Shown: piece by piece, positions 1 to 8,999 of the stretch
Layout of the letters: each line of letters opens with the position of its first letter
Numbering within the stretch: the first letter of the stretch is position 1
Assembly: GCA_964580815.1 (NCBI GenBank)
Contig: CAZOLY010000004.1
Location: 1-44,650 of the forward strand
Origin: an uncultured Bacteroidales bacterium
Lineage (GTDB): Bacteria > Bacteroidota > Bacteroidia > Bacteroidales > UBA10428
Length of the DNA stretch: 44,650 nt
Direction of reading: 5' to 3'
Made by a program: the position numbers and the translations under genes
Notes under the pieces: model-generated
Databases searched by the model: none
What the model saw: only the letters and a program-made list of their open reading frames with translations
What the model was told of the DNA's origin: nothing

Positions 1-165
1 GATCTGAGGTTATGTGCTTACCTGAGGATGAACTTATCTTCAAAAGAAATTGCCCCGTTGCTGCGAATCTCTTTCAGGGGTGTGGAAAATCACCGTTACA
101 AGCTAAGGAAAAAGCTTAATCTGAAAACAGAAGAAAACCTGACTGATTTTATCCTTTCAATTTAA
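1..165 (+). CDS. 3' end (partial) of a LuxR-type HTH transcriptional regulator
   Basis: Frame 1 reads DLRLCAYLRMNLSSKEIAPLLRISFRGVENHRYKLRKKLNL...FILSI* (TAA 163-165). This is the typical C-terminal LuxR HTH of large Bacteroidota regulators. Truncated by the window edge and absent from the ORF track. Confidence 0.85.
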   Translation, partial: DLRLCAYLRMNLSSKEIAPLLRISFRGVENHRYKLRKKLNLKTEENLTDFILSI

Positions 166-260
166 ATTCAAACTTGCAGATTACTATTTTTAAGTTAGAT
201 GGGTTCAATTATGAATTTATTGAATATATTAGTCGCCTGTTTCAACAAAAATATAACAGC

Positions 261-611
261 ATGGGATTGATACAGCTTGAAAATATGGAGTTCTATGCCT
301 ATCATGGGCATTACAGGGAAGAACAAATAGTAGGGAGCAAATTCCTCGTATCACTTTCGATAAAAACCGATCTGAGCAAGGCAGCTAAGTCAGATAATCT
401 TAAAGATACTGTTAACTATCACAAGGCATATCTCGTTGTGAAAGATGAAATGAATAAAAAATCAAATCTTATTGAAAATACGGCCTCCCGGATACTCGAT
501 GCTTTATATGATAATTTTCCCGCTATTACTTATGCTGCAGTAAAAATATCAAAGATCAATCCCCCTATTGGAGGCAAAGTTGACTGCGTAAGTGTCACAC
601 TGGAAAGATAA
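261..611 (+). CDS. folB: Dihydroneopterin aldolase
   Basis: FYAYHG...EE, TVNY, LIE and KINPPIGG motifs. Start moved from TTG 174 to ATG 261 (MGLIQLENMEF), giving 116 aa, a normal FolB length. Confidence 0.92.
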   Translation: MGLIQLENMEFYAYHGHYREEQIVGSKFLVSLSIKTDLSKAAKSDNLKDTVNYHKAYLVVKDEMNKKSNLIENTASRILDALYDNFPAITYAAVKISKINPPIGGKVDCVSVTLER

Positions 612-624
612 AAAAGGTGAGAAT

Positions 625-1623
625 CTAAAACTCGGGGCAGGGAAGCATCTTTGGCTTTCTCTTTCTTGCCTTTGTTTTGAAATTATATGACAGTGAAATC
701 TCATGCGATCCGCCCGTCCTTGATATAAGCCTGGATATTGTAAAGTCGTAGCTGTAGCCTATATTCAAATCCCTGATCTTATAGCCGGTGAGTATAGTAA
801 AAGCATCCCTGTTAGAATCAGTGTTATAGAAAGGTATTCCCCTGTACCAGAATCCGAGGACAAGCGGACTCCTGTAAAAGTAAATACCGAGGTCAAGCTG
901 GTTATACTGACCCTGGGACTTGAATAAAAATGCCAGTTGCAAAGTGGTGGGTACGGGCCTCAGCAAATTCTCATGTTTAATAAACTTTGTGCCCCCGAAA
1001 ACCGAGTACTTTATCGGCACATGTGCCGGATTGCCATCTTCATCTTCATAAAAGTAAAATGAGTGATTGGGCTTGAGCAGGTGATCGACGCAAAAGCCAA
1101 GCCAGAATATGTCAGAATATGTTAAGGCCGAAGCTGAAAAATCAAGATCACCTACATGGTTCACGGGAAATACTTCTGCTGTTGCAGGGGCATTCTCATT
1201 TACCGATATCTGGTCTGCCCACAGCAGATCCTCAAAATCTATAGCCCTCTCAGTATATAGAAAGTGCATGCCCGGCCTTATATGCCAGAGATTATTGATC
1301 TTAATATCAAAAGAGTACTGCAATCCCACATTGGTTGAGCGCAACCTCCCGCTTCCTGCCTCGTCACGCAGAAAAAGAATTCCCAGTCCGCTTCTGAACT
1401 TTTCAAAATATTTGTCAAATGATGCTGAATATGTATTATATCCGTGTGCTATCTCGGGCCACTGCTTGCGGTAATTTATAGCAATACGGTTATTCTCAAC
1501 CAGTCCGGAGAAGGAAGGAGCCAGGTATAAATAATTTGAATAAAACTGTGAGAACTGCGGATCCTGTCCGGATAACGGCCTTAACAGCAATGCCAGGAAT
1601 AATATGGAAATCAGCTTTTTCAC
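625..1623 (-). CDS. T9SS membrane protein, PorP/SprF family
   Basis: Signal peptide followed by QDPQFSQFY...LAPSFSG, NYRKQW, GYSYDFTIS.L...GGSHEISL and a C-terminal LPCPEF. Start probably GTG 1623 (VKKLISILF); the ORF track uses GTG 1686. Confidence 0.9.
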   Translation of the reverse strand: MKKLISILFLALLLRPLSGQDPQFSQFYSNYLYLAPSFSGLVENNRIAINYRKQWPEIAHGYNTYSASFDKYFEKFRSGLGILFLRDEAGSGRLRSTNVGLQYSFDIKINNLWHIRPGMHFLYTERAIDFEDLLWADQISVNENAPATAEVFPVNHVGDLDFSASALTYSDIFWLGFCVDHLLKPNHSFYFYEDEDGNPAHVPIKYSVFGGTKFIKHENLLRPVPTTLQLAFLFKSQGQYNQLDLGIYFYRSPLVLGFWYRGIPFYNTDSNRDAFTILTGYKIRDLNIGYSYDFTISRLISRTGGSHEISLSYNFKTKARKRKPKMLPCPEF

Positions 1624-1686
1624 AACATGCCTTGTTTGTAATTTATTTAGTTTATTATCAATAATCTGATATCTGTTTGTAACCAC

Positions 1687-4600
1687 TTATCGAAGCAAAG
1701 TCACATCCCCGCTGTCAACAAAATTTTCCCCGTTGGTATACTTACCTTCGACTTTCCATATATAGACATCCTGCTTTGCCATTTTATCCCTGATACGGCC
1801 ATCCCAGCCCATATCTTTATTGTTGCTCTCAAATATTAACTCTCCCCACCTGTTAAAGATCATCAGGTGGTAAGTATCTACCTGGTCAATTATTGCAGGC
1901 TTAAACACCCTGTTTTCTTCGAGCATTGATTCGGGCCTGAAAGCATTGGGATAAACAAGCTTGCCGCTGGGTTCGACATAAACAGCATTCTCCATGACAT
2001 AAAGGTCAAAGCAGTCATTATCTGTCCATACACATAAAGTAACATCATAAACCCCCTCCTCGGTATAGACATGCTTAGGGCTGAGCTCTGTTGAAGTTGT
2101 GCCGTCACCAAAATCCCACTCATACACATCACCGTTGTCAGATAAGTTGAAATAGTGAACAGCCTCATCGTTCACATATACATACCTTGGAGCAAGGTTA
2201 AAATAAGAGTTGGGAAGAATATACACATCATTTATTGTATGGTATGTGTCTTCCCCTCCGTCGCCCTTGGCAGTCAGTTTTATCTTATACTGGCCCGGCT
2301 CATAATATGTATAAACCGGATTAGGTTTATTTGATACGGCGCCGTCACCAAATTCCCAGAGGAACGAACTGGAGAATGATGATGTATTTTCAAAATGAAT
2401 GGTCAGGGGCATACATCCCGGCTCCACAGGTTTAAATTTTGCAACGGGGGGATGAGGTATAATTTCAATATCTGCTGATACACTGTCAGAACAATGTTCT
2501 CCCGAAACTACCAGGGATATCGTATAATTGTCAACTCCCGGGTAATCATGTGAATTGGGATGCCTGTCATATGTTGCCGTTCCGTCGCCGAAGTACCATT
2601 TATAATCCCAGTTCCTGTCCTCTGTTGTATTAACGAGGTTTACCGTCTTGTCGGGGTACATCTGCTGCTCCGGCGACGCTTCAAATGAAGCTGCCGGTGA
2701 AGGATAAACGGTAATATCAACGAATGATGTGTCAAGACAATTGAAAAATGAAGTTGTTATAAGCTGCACATGATACACCGTATCCGTTACCGAATTATTA
2801 TAATAAGTGCGCATTGTATTGTACCCTGCTTCCTCCTGTCCCTCATCACCATAATTCCATTTATATTTAAATCCGCCCGGAGTGGCTATTAAAAGTACGT
2901 CAGCCGGATGACACGCTTTTTCCGGAATTGCATCGATAGAAGTCTCAGGATTAGGATATACCGTGACATACTCATTTGCTGAATGGCTGCACCCGTACTG
3001 ACTATATGCCGTAAGCCTGACATTAAAATAATTGACAGAGGTCGACACATTACGGAATTCATGTGACGGATTATCAATATTGCTGGTGGCTCCATCTCCA
3101 AAATCCCACGTACAGGAAACAGCATCCTCAGACTGGTTAAAGAAGTTTATTGTAACCGGACTGCAGGAGGGGGCAGCATCGGATATAAATGCAGCTGCAG
3201 GAACATCACTGATAATACTTATCGAATCAGAAGCCCTGCATCCTTTATTATCAACTACCGTAAATCTTAAAAAATAACTGCCCCTGATTATTGTATTGAA
3301 AACAGGATTTCTGATATCAGTGGCAGACAAGGGAATTGTCTGGCCCGACCATTCGAATGTGTCATAATTACCCGAACCGCCGCTGACAGCAGTGTTTAGT
3401 TGCATATTTTCACCTGCACATACTATTGTATCCGTATTATTTATGATGGTTTGCGGATTCGGATTAACAGTCAGTGTCAGGCTGTCGGAGGCAGTATTAA
3501 AGTTGATATCGGTAACACTTACACGTAACCTGTAAATGCCAGCACTGCTGCTCACAAATAGAGGATTCGATACATTTGTTGCCGACAGGTATTCAGTATC
3601 ACCGGTCCACTGGAATGTATAGGACGGCGTGCCCCCTGAAGGTGTGGCAGTTATTTGAAAATGCTCACCTGCACATATTTGTCCGTTTATAACATTAAGG
3701 TTAACATATAGCAGGTCTTCCTTTACATTTATCTGTTTTGTTGAAACCGGACCGGGACATCCTATGCTGTTGGTCTCGGTTACAGAAATATTATAAAGCC
3801 CCAGGTTAGGGAACTGAAGAATAACAAAATTCTGGTTCTCCAGCAATACCGTTATTCCGGGCGGTATAACCCAGTCGTATGTTGAACCCGTATGGTAATT
3901 TACAGAATAAATTGCATTAGACTGTCCCTGTCCCACTTCACCTGCTCCCTGTATCGGGTTTATCCCGGGGGTGGGTAGTATTACAGCCTGCACCTGTATC
4001 CTGCTGCTTGTACAACCAGTAATATCATTATAACTGGATACATAATAACTCCTGGTATCTGTTAACCAGGGTGTTGTAAATACATTTGTTTCTTCCAGCA
4101 TGCTGCCACCGGTAATGCTGTCGTACCACCTGTTAACGGTACCGTTTACTCCTGTTGATGAAGTTAATACCAGGGAATCAGGACCGCAGTGGTATACGTC
4201 ATCTGCTGACGGGAAAGAGGGAACCGGATTAATAATCGCACGCACTTCAAGCCTCCCGCTTTCACAGCCCGTAATACTATTATAACTTGATACCCAGTAT
4301 GAAACTGTATTTGCTAAATAAGGTGTTGTGAATATAGTGCCTGTATCAAGAAGATTACCATTTACCTGTGAATCATACCAGTTATTTGTTGTCCCGTCCA
4401 ATCCTACTGAAGAAGTTAGTGTTAATGTACCCTGTCCGCAGATGCTTTCGTCATTAACCTCAGGTAACCCGGGAACCGGGTAAATAGTTACATCAACCCT
4501 TATCCTTTCACTCTCACATGTTGTCAGTTCATTATAACTACTAACCCAGTACGATGTTGATCCTGTAAGGTAGGGAGTAATAAAATCCCTGGAAACAGAG

Positions 4601-7458
4601 AGGATATTACCTCCTGTTGCAGCATCATACCAGCGGTTGGTAGTACCGTTATTGCCTATGGCTGCAATTATTAGCAGGGAACCTTCACCGCAATGCTCCA
4701 TATCACTGACGGCGGGAACTTCAGGAACCGGATTAATAATAGCATCAACTCTTCTTCTGTTACTTTCGCAATATGTAGTGTCATTAAATGTTGCAACCCA
4801 GTAAGATGTGGAGGAGTTCAGTACCGGTGTAGTAAAATTTTCAGATGTAGAAATTATGGCACCTCCGAATCCTGTTTCATACCACCTGTTACTGTTACCA
4901 TTAAGTCCGATTGTTGATGTAAGTGTAACTGATGCGGCCCCGCACCTCTCGGTTCCGCTTGCCGAAGGCATGCCGGGTAATGGTTTATATAATACGGAAA
5001 CAGTATCTGCTGTTGAGGGGCATGACCCGCTGGTTATTCTCCATTCAAATTCGTAAAGCCCCTCATTACCAGTGGTAATCCTTGCAAGTGCTGTTGGAGA
5101 ATGTGAGCTGGGAAGGAAAGTCACATCGCCCGGACCACTAATCCTGCTCCACGTCCCTGTTCCAATAGCAGGGGTATTGCCATTTAGCCCTGCCGTTATA
5201 CCGCATACTGAATCGTTTGTCCCTGCGTCAGCAGGAGGTGCCGGTACTCCGAAATCTATTATTACAGTATCGGAAGTTACACAGCTCTCATTGGTTATTG
5301 TCCAGCTAAACTCGTAAATACCCTCATTGCCCGGTAATATTTGCACTGTAGCATTTTCATCATCTAAAGACGGATTAAAGGCAGGGGATATGCCCGAAGG
5401 ATTTGTTATAACAGCCCATACGCCTGAACCCACAGAAGCAGCGTTAGCCCCCAGCGGCATGGACAAAGTGCTGCACAGATCCTGGTCCGCACCTGCAAAT
5501 GCAGGATCCGGAGCTTCATCCCTGGTAATATTTACTGCATCCGATGACCCGCTGCAAATTCCAAACTGGCTCGTTATCTCCCACAAAAACTGGTTAATAC
5601 CATAACTCAATCCGGTAACCTCACTGCCAGGCATGCCGGGACTTGTGATTACTGCTCCCCCCGAAAGTACGGACCATAATCCTGTACCCCCGTCTGTGAC
5701 CGGATTCCCGTTCAGAAATACAGCAGCCGAGTCACATACTCCCCGGTCTGCACCGGCGTTAGCCATATTGGGGGTAACATCCCTTAAAATCATGGCGGTA
5801 TCAGAAGTGGTTAAACATGCTCCAAACTGGCTTCTGACAGTCCATACAACAATATTCTCCCCTGCCCCGATATTTGTTATACCTGAGTGAGGATCATCAT
5901 TATCTGTGAATAAGAGGCTACCCCCGATTATATTCCATTCTCCTGTTCCATTATTTGTAGGAGCAGAAGCATTTAAAACAGAAGATAAATCATCGCAAAA
6001 CGACTGGTCAATGCCTGCATCTGCAGCGTCAGGCTGCATATCCCTGGTGACCGTAACGTCATCAACAGATACACAGGGCCCGTTTTCAACAGTCCATATA
6101 AACAGGTTAGTACCATAATCCAGATTGCTGACCGCAGTTGCAGGATCTGCCGGATCATCGATAATCGCTCCTCCGCTCGTGGTCCATGAGCCGCTGCCGA
6201 TAACCGGATTAGCAGCATTAAGTTGAAATGTGCTGCCACATATTATTGTATCATTACCCGCATCAGCCGGAGGAACAGGAGTATCAAATATCTCGAATGT
6301 AATTTTACTCGGCGCACTTTCACAAATTCCTAATCGTTCGGTAACCCAGTATGAATATCGTCCGCTGACAGAATTGTCAATAAAGGTCGGAGGACCTGCA
6401 GGATCAAACGAGCTTCCTATATGTATCAGGGCCATTAATAATGAGTCCATAAACCATTGAACTTCTCCTCCCGATGTTGAGAGTGAAAGGTTAACCGGAC
6501 TGCCGGCGCAGAACTCCAGGGAAGGGTTAGCTATTTCAGGAGGGGTTGTAATGATCTCAATTAATGCTGTAGTAGTAATCGGGGGATTATCACCATCAAT
6601 AATATCAGCCGGGGGATTACTGTCAAAAGGATTATTGTCATAGGCATTACATATGTTCCAGTTACGCATCGTTATTTCAAATATATCTCCTGCCTCACCA
6701 CCCGGAGGGGCACTGATGGCCCATGAGGACTGGTTAGGTCCATCCGCCGGCATAGGGACCTCAATAATCGGTCCGGATAACGTTCCCAGCGAATTACCAT
6801 CTGCATCTGTTAGCTGATAAGTATTTCCAAGTCCGTCCTCAACAGTAACATTTGGAATTCTGTTACCTGCAATGGTTGAAGTACCGTATATAAACTGTAC
6901 CCATCTTATAATGCGGTTAGGCTTGTCAGGTTCGACACTGACATTACAGTTAAAGGTGGAATTATCACTAAATATAACATCAGCAATATCATCTCCTTCA
7001 CAGAACTGTGCTACAACAGGGTCCGTTTCGATTACACCCCCATTCTCATTGTCCCTTGCCCAGGCGCTAAAAGTCTGCTCCTGGCGGCTGCTGCTGGTAC
7101 ACTGCTCCCCGTCATATATTACATATGCCTCGGCAGTATATGAACATTCAACCGAAGGAAGGTAATTATGGGTGGCAGTGGCAGTGAAAATCGTATCACC
7201 CTGAGAAATGGCAGGGACTAACGTTGTTGCACCGGTTCCGTCATTCCATACATAAAGAATTTCTACCCTGGAAGGGTTAACAGGAAGAAGAAACTTGTAA
7301 CGAACATCCATGGTCATATTCACAGGAGCACATACGCTACTGGGAATCTGACCACTGTAATTATCTGTTATTAATGCACATTGACTGTAACTTCTTTTAG
7401 TTAACAATAGCATTAATATAATTAATACAGTTAGTAGTTTTGTTCGTTTGTGACACAT
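1687..7458 (-). CDS. Large secreted PKD/Ig-repeat surface protein with T9SS type B (gliding motility-associated, CHU_C-like) C-terminal domain
   Basis: 1923 aa with a signal peptide. Contains 5 A.AG....C repeats, 4 tandem ~84-aa Ig-like repeats (C.....L...G.NG..N.WY) and 5 PKD W.(F/Y)GD motifs. The C-terminus is PNAF.P...IFNRWGELIFES...GWDG...GDVTLLR. Adjacent to a PorP gene. Confidence 0.9.
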   Translation of the reverse strand: MCHKRTKLLTVLIILMLLLTKRSYSQCALITDNYSGQIPSSVCAPVNMTMDVRYKFLLPVNPSRVEILYVWNDGTGATTLVPAISQGDTIFTATATHNYLPSVECSYTAEAYVIYDGEQCTSSSRQEQTFSAWARDNENGGVIETDPVVAQFCEGDDIADVIFSDNSTFNCNVSVEPDKPNRIIRWVQFIYGTSTIAGNRIPNVTVEDGLGNTYQLTDADGNSLGTLSGPIIEVPMPADGPNQSSWAISAPPGGEAGDIFEITMRNWNICNAYDNNPFDSNPPADIIDGDNPPITTTALIEIITTPPEIANPSLEFCAGSPVNLSLSTSGGEVQWFMDSLLMALIHIGSSFDPAGPPTFIDNSVSGRYSYWVTERLGICESAPSKITFEIFDTPVPPADAGNDTIICGSTFQLNAANPVIGSGSWTTSGGAIIDDPADPATAVSNLDYGTNLFIWTVENGPCVSVDDVTVTRDMQPDAADAGIDQSFCDDLSSVLNASAPTNNGTGEWNIIGGSLLFTDNDDPHSGITNIGAGENIVVWTVRSQFGACLTTSDTAMILRDVTPNMANAGADRGVCDSAAVFLNGNPVTDGGTGLWSVLSGGAVITSPGMPGSEVTGLSYGINQFLWEITSQFGICSGSSDAVNITRDEAPDPAFAGADQDLCSTLSMPLGANAASVGSGVWAVITNPSGISPAFNPSLDDENATVQILPGNEGIYEFSWTITNESCVTSDTVIIDFGVPAPPADAGTNDSVCGITAGLNGNTPAIGTGTWSRISGPGDVTFLPSSHSPTALARITTGNEGLYEFEWRITSGSCPSTADTVSVLYKPLPGMPSASGTERCGAASVTLTSTIGLNGNSNRWYETGFGGAIISTSENFTTPVLNSSTSYWVATFNDTTYCESNRRRVDAIINPVPEVPAVSDMEHCGEGSLLIIAAIGNNGTTNRWYDAATGGNILSVSRDFITPYLTGSTSYWVSSYNELTTCESERIRVDVTIYPVPGLPEVNDESICGQGTLTLTSSVGLDGTTNNWYDSQVNGNLLDTGTIFTTPYLANTVSYWVSSYNSITGCESGRLEVRAIINPVPSFPSADDVYHCGPDSLVLTSSTGVNGTVNRWYDSITGGSMLEETNVFTTPWLTDTRSYYVSSYNDITGCTSSRIQVQAVILPTPGINPIQGAGEVGQGQSNAIYSVNYHTGSTYDWVIPPGITVLLENQNFVILQFPNLGLYNISVTETNSIGCPGPVSTKQINVKEDLLYVNLNVINGQICAGEHFQITATPSGGTPSYTFQWTGDTEYLSATNVSNPLFVSSSAGIYRLRVSVTDINFNTASDSLTLTVNPNPQTIINNTDTIVCAGENMQLNTAVSGGSGNYDTFEWSGQTIPLSATDIRNPVFNTIIRGSYFLRFTVVDNKGCRASDSISIISDVPAAAFISDAAPSCSPVTINFFNQSEDAVSCTWDFGDGATSNIDNPSHEFRNVSTSVNYFNVRLTAYSQYGCSHSANEYVTVYPNPETSIDAIPEKACHPADVLLIATPGGFKYKWNYGDEGQEEAGYNTMRTYYNNSVTDTVYHVQLITTSFFNCLDTSFVDITVYPSPAASFEASPEQQMYPDKTVNLVNTTEDRNWDYKWYFGDGTATYDRHPNSHDYPGVDNYTISLVVSGEHCSDSVSADIEIIPHPPVAKFKPVEPGCMPLTIHFENTSSFSSSFLWEFGDGAVSNKPNPVYTYYEPGQYKIKLTAKGDGGEDTYHTINDVYILPNSYFNLAPRYVYVNDEAVHYFNLSDNGDVYEWDFGDGTTSTELSPKHVYTEEGVYDVTLCVWTDNDCFDLYVMENAVYVEPSGKLVYPNAFRPESMLEENRVFKPAIIDQVDTYHLMIFNRWGELIFESNNKDMGWDGRIRDKMAKQDVYIWKVEGKYTNGENFVDSGDVTLLR

Positions 7459-7645
7459 GAGAAAAAATTTAAAATTCCATAAAAGCCCAAAAATTATTGA
7501 CGAACAGACTTGTATAGAACTTTTTTTAACTTAAAAATACTTAATAATTGTTCTGTTTTAGGGGGGTTCTTTCGGGTTAAAGTGAAAATAATCGATTTAA
7601 AATCAGCTTATTAAATTACATTAAACATTGGTTGACGGTTATTTA

Positions 7646-7671
7646 TACGTTACATAAGTAAAAACGTTACA
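7646..7671 (-). promoter_or_regulatory. Candidate ECF-sigma-type promoter for the adhesin-PorP pair
   Basis: Minus strand reads TGTAAC-N16-CGTA, matching the general ECF -35 AAC / -10 CGT architecture. Confidence 0.4.
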
Positions 7672-7738
7672 ACATTTTTACTAATATATTGCAAGGAAAG
7701 AATTACAGGTAAGTTATAAGGTAATAGTAATTTTTACC

Positions 7739-8110
7739 TTATTCAATTATTATCTTTTCAGTGCGTGAAGAATTATTATCCAGCTTCACCTGGATGATAT
7801 ATAATCCTCTGTTAAGGTTAACGAGACTTAAAACAACCTTTTTAGTCTCTTTCTCATATTTTTGCATAAAAACAGTACTGCCGGTAATATCAAGTATCTC
7901 AATCTTCACAATTGAATTCTCTGCAGAAATATTAAGTATATTGTCAATAACAGGATTAGGAAATATTTGAATTTCACCAGGACCATCATCGAATGTCCCG
8001 TACAAATAGTTGTCATCGTATATATTTTCTGCTGAAAGAGAAGCTCCTGAATTTACCAGAACCGTACTTAGTACGATAGCTATACCTAACAATAGTAAAA
8101 GTCTTTTCAT
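7739..8110 (-). CDS. Small T9SS type A sorting-domain protein (almost CTD-only)
   Basis: Hydrophobic signal peptide, a ~20-aa acidic linker, then IFPNPV...I.DITG...L..GLYIIQV...KIIIE, a type A CTD. Confidence 0.85.
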   Translation of the reverse strand: MKRLLLLLGIAIVLSTVLVNSGASLSAENIYDDNYLYGTFDDGPGEIQIFPNPVIDNILNISAENSIVKIEILDITGSTVFMQKYEKETKKVVLSLVNLNRGLYIIQVKLDNNSSRTEKIIIE

Positions 8111-8128
8111 TTCGGATCTATTTTTAAG

Positions 8129-8452
8129 TTATAACATCCCCAATTCCAGTAATGCCTCGTCAGACATCATAGACCTGTCCCAGGGCGGCTCAAATACAAG
8201 ATTAATATCCAAATTGTTGATCCCTTTTATATAAGTAATATGTTGTTTAACATCCATGAGCAACTGATCCGCTATTGGACAGTTAGGAGATGTTAGCGTC
8301 ATTGTGATCCTTACATTATTATGCTTATCTATATCTATATCATATATTAATCCGAGATCATAAATGTTAACCGGGATCTCAGGATCATAAATGTTTTTAA
8401 GTTCCTGTATTATCTTGTTTTTAAGCTGCAACAAAGCATTTTCTTTATTCAT
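8129..8452 (-). CDS. sufT: Fe-S cluster assembly protein, DUF59/SufT family
   Basis: IYDPEIPVNIYDLGLIY, MTLTSPNCP and VFEPPW motifs; at the end of the suf operon. Confidence 0.88.
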   Translation of the reverse strand: MNKENALLQLKNKIIQELKNIYDPEIPVNIYDLGLIYDIDIDKHNNVRITMTLTSPNCPIADQLLMDVKQHITYIKGINNLDINLVFEPPWDRSMMSDEALLELGML

Positions 8453-8491
8453 GATTATAAAAAACGTAAAAATAAAGAGTTTATTTCCTGC

Positions 8492-8923
8492 CTATTCATT
8501 TTTATACTTTATATTATATGCAACAGCATAATTCCTCATTTGTTTAATAAAAGCCAACAATCCGTTGGAACGGGTGGGTGAAAGGTTTTGTCTTAATCCT
8601 ATCCTGTCAATAAAATAAAGGTTAGCATTAATTATTTCATCGGGTTTTCTTCCTGAAAGAACACGTATCAGCAAAGCTATTATACCTTTTGTGATAATTG
8701 CATTGCTGTCGGCACTAAAATTTATTACCCCGTCAGTATATTCAGCATTTAGCCATACTTTTGACTGGCAGCCACTTATAAGATAATCGTTATTTTTATA
8801 TCTTGAATCAATAAGGGGCAGATCCCTGCTTAATTCAATTAAGTAGTCATATTTGTCCATCCAGTCATCAAATATCTCAAACTCCTGTATAATTTCTTCC
8901 TGTATTTCATTTATGTCTTTCAA
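8492..8923 (-). CDS. sufE: Cysteine desulfurase activator SufE
   Basis: Y.YLIEL, GCQSKVWL, ADS.A.ITKG and LSPTRSNGL motifs. Start trimmed to TTG 8923 (LKDINEIQEEII) to remove the overlap with sufS. Confidence 0.9.
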   Translation of the reverse strand: MKDINEIQEEIIQEFEIFDDWMDKYDYLIELSRDLPLIDSRYKNNDYLISGCQSKVWLNAEYTDGVINFSADSNAIITKGIIALLIRVLSGRKPDEIINANLYFIDRIGLRQNLSPTRSNGLLAFIKQMRNYAVAYNIKYKNE

Positions 8924-8999
8924 CTTATTGGTTTTATTAATATTAACAATGAGAATTTTATCAGGGATATTTAACCTGCAAATTGATGCCGGGTTATTC

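Noticed and set aside
174-260. N-terminal extensions in the ORF track for folB (also sufE, lpxD, rimP, queG and waaA)
   Set aside because: Artefacts of choosing the most upstream TTG/ATG. They run through promoter or leader sequence or overlap a neighbouring gene, and downstream starts give normal family lengths.
3970-6270. Periodic repeats as a possible CRISPR array or DGR target/template
   Set aside because: They are degenerate in-frame protein repeats of about 250 bp, with no identical repeat-spacer structure and no reverse transcriptase or cas gene in the window.
1109-7165. Numerous antisense or alternate-frame ORFs inside the PorP and adhesin genes (and similarly inside suf, lpx, nusA, infB, groL and gltX)
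   Set aside because: Fully overlapped by well-supported genes and carrying no recognisable motifs; expected shadow ORFs.
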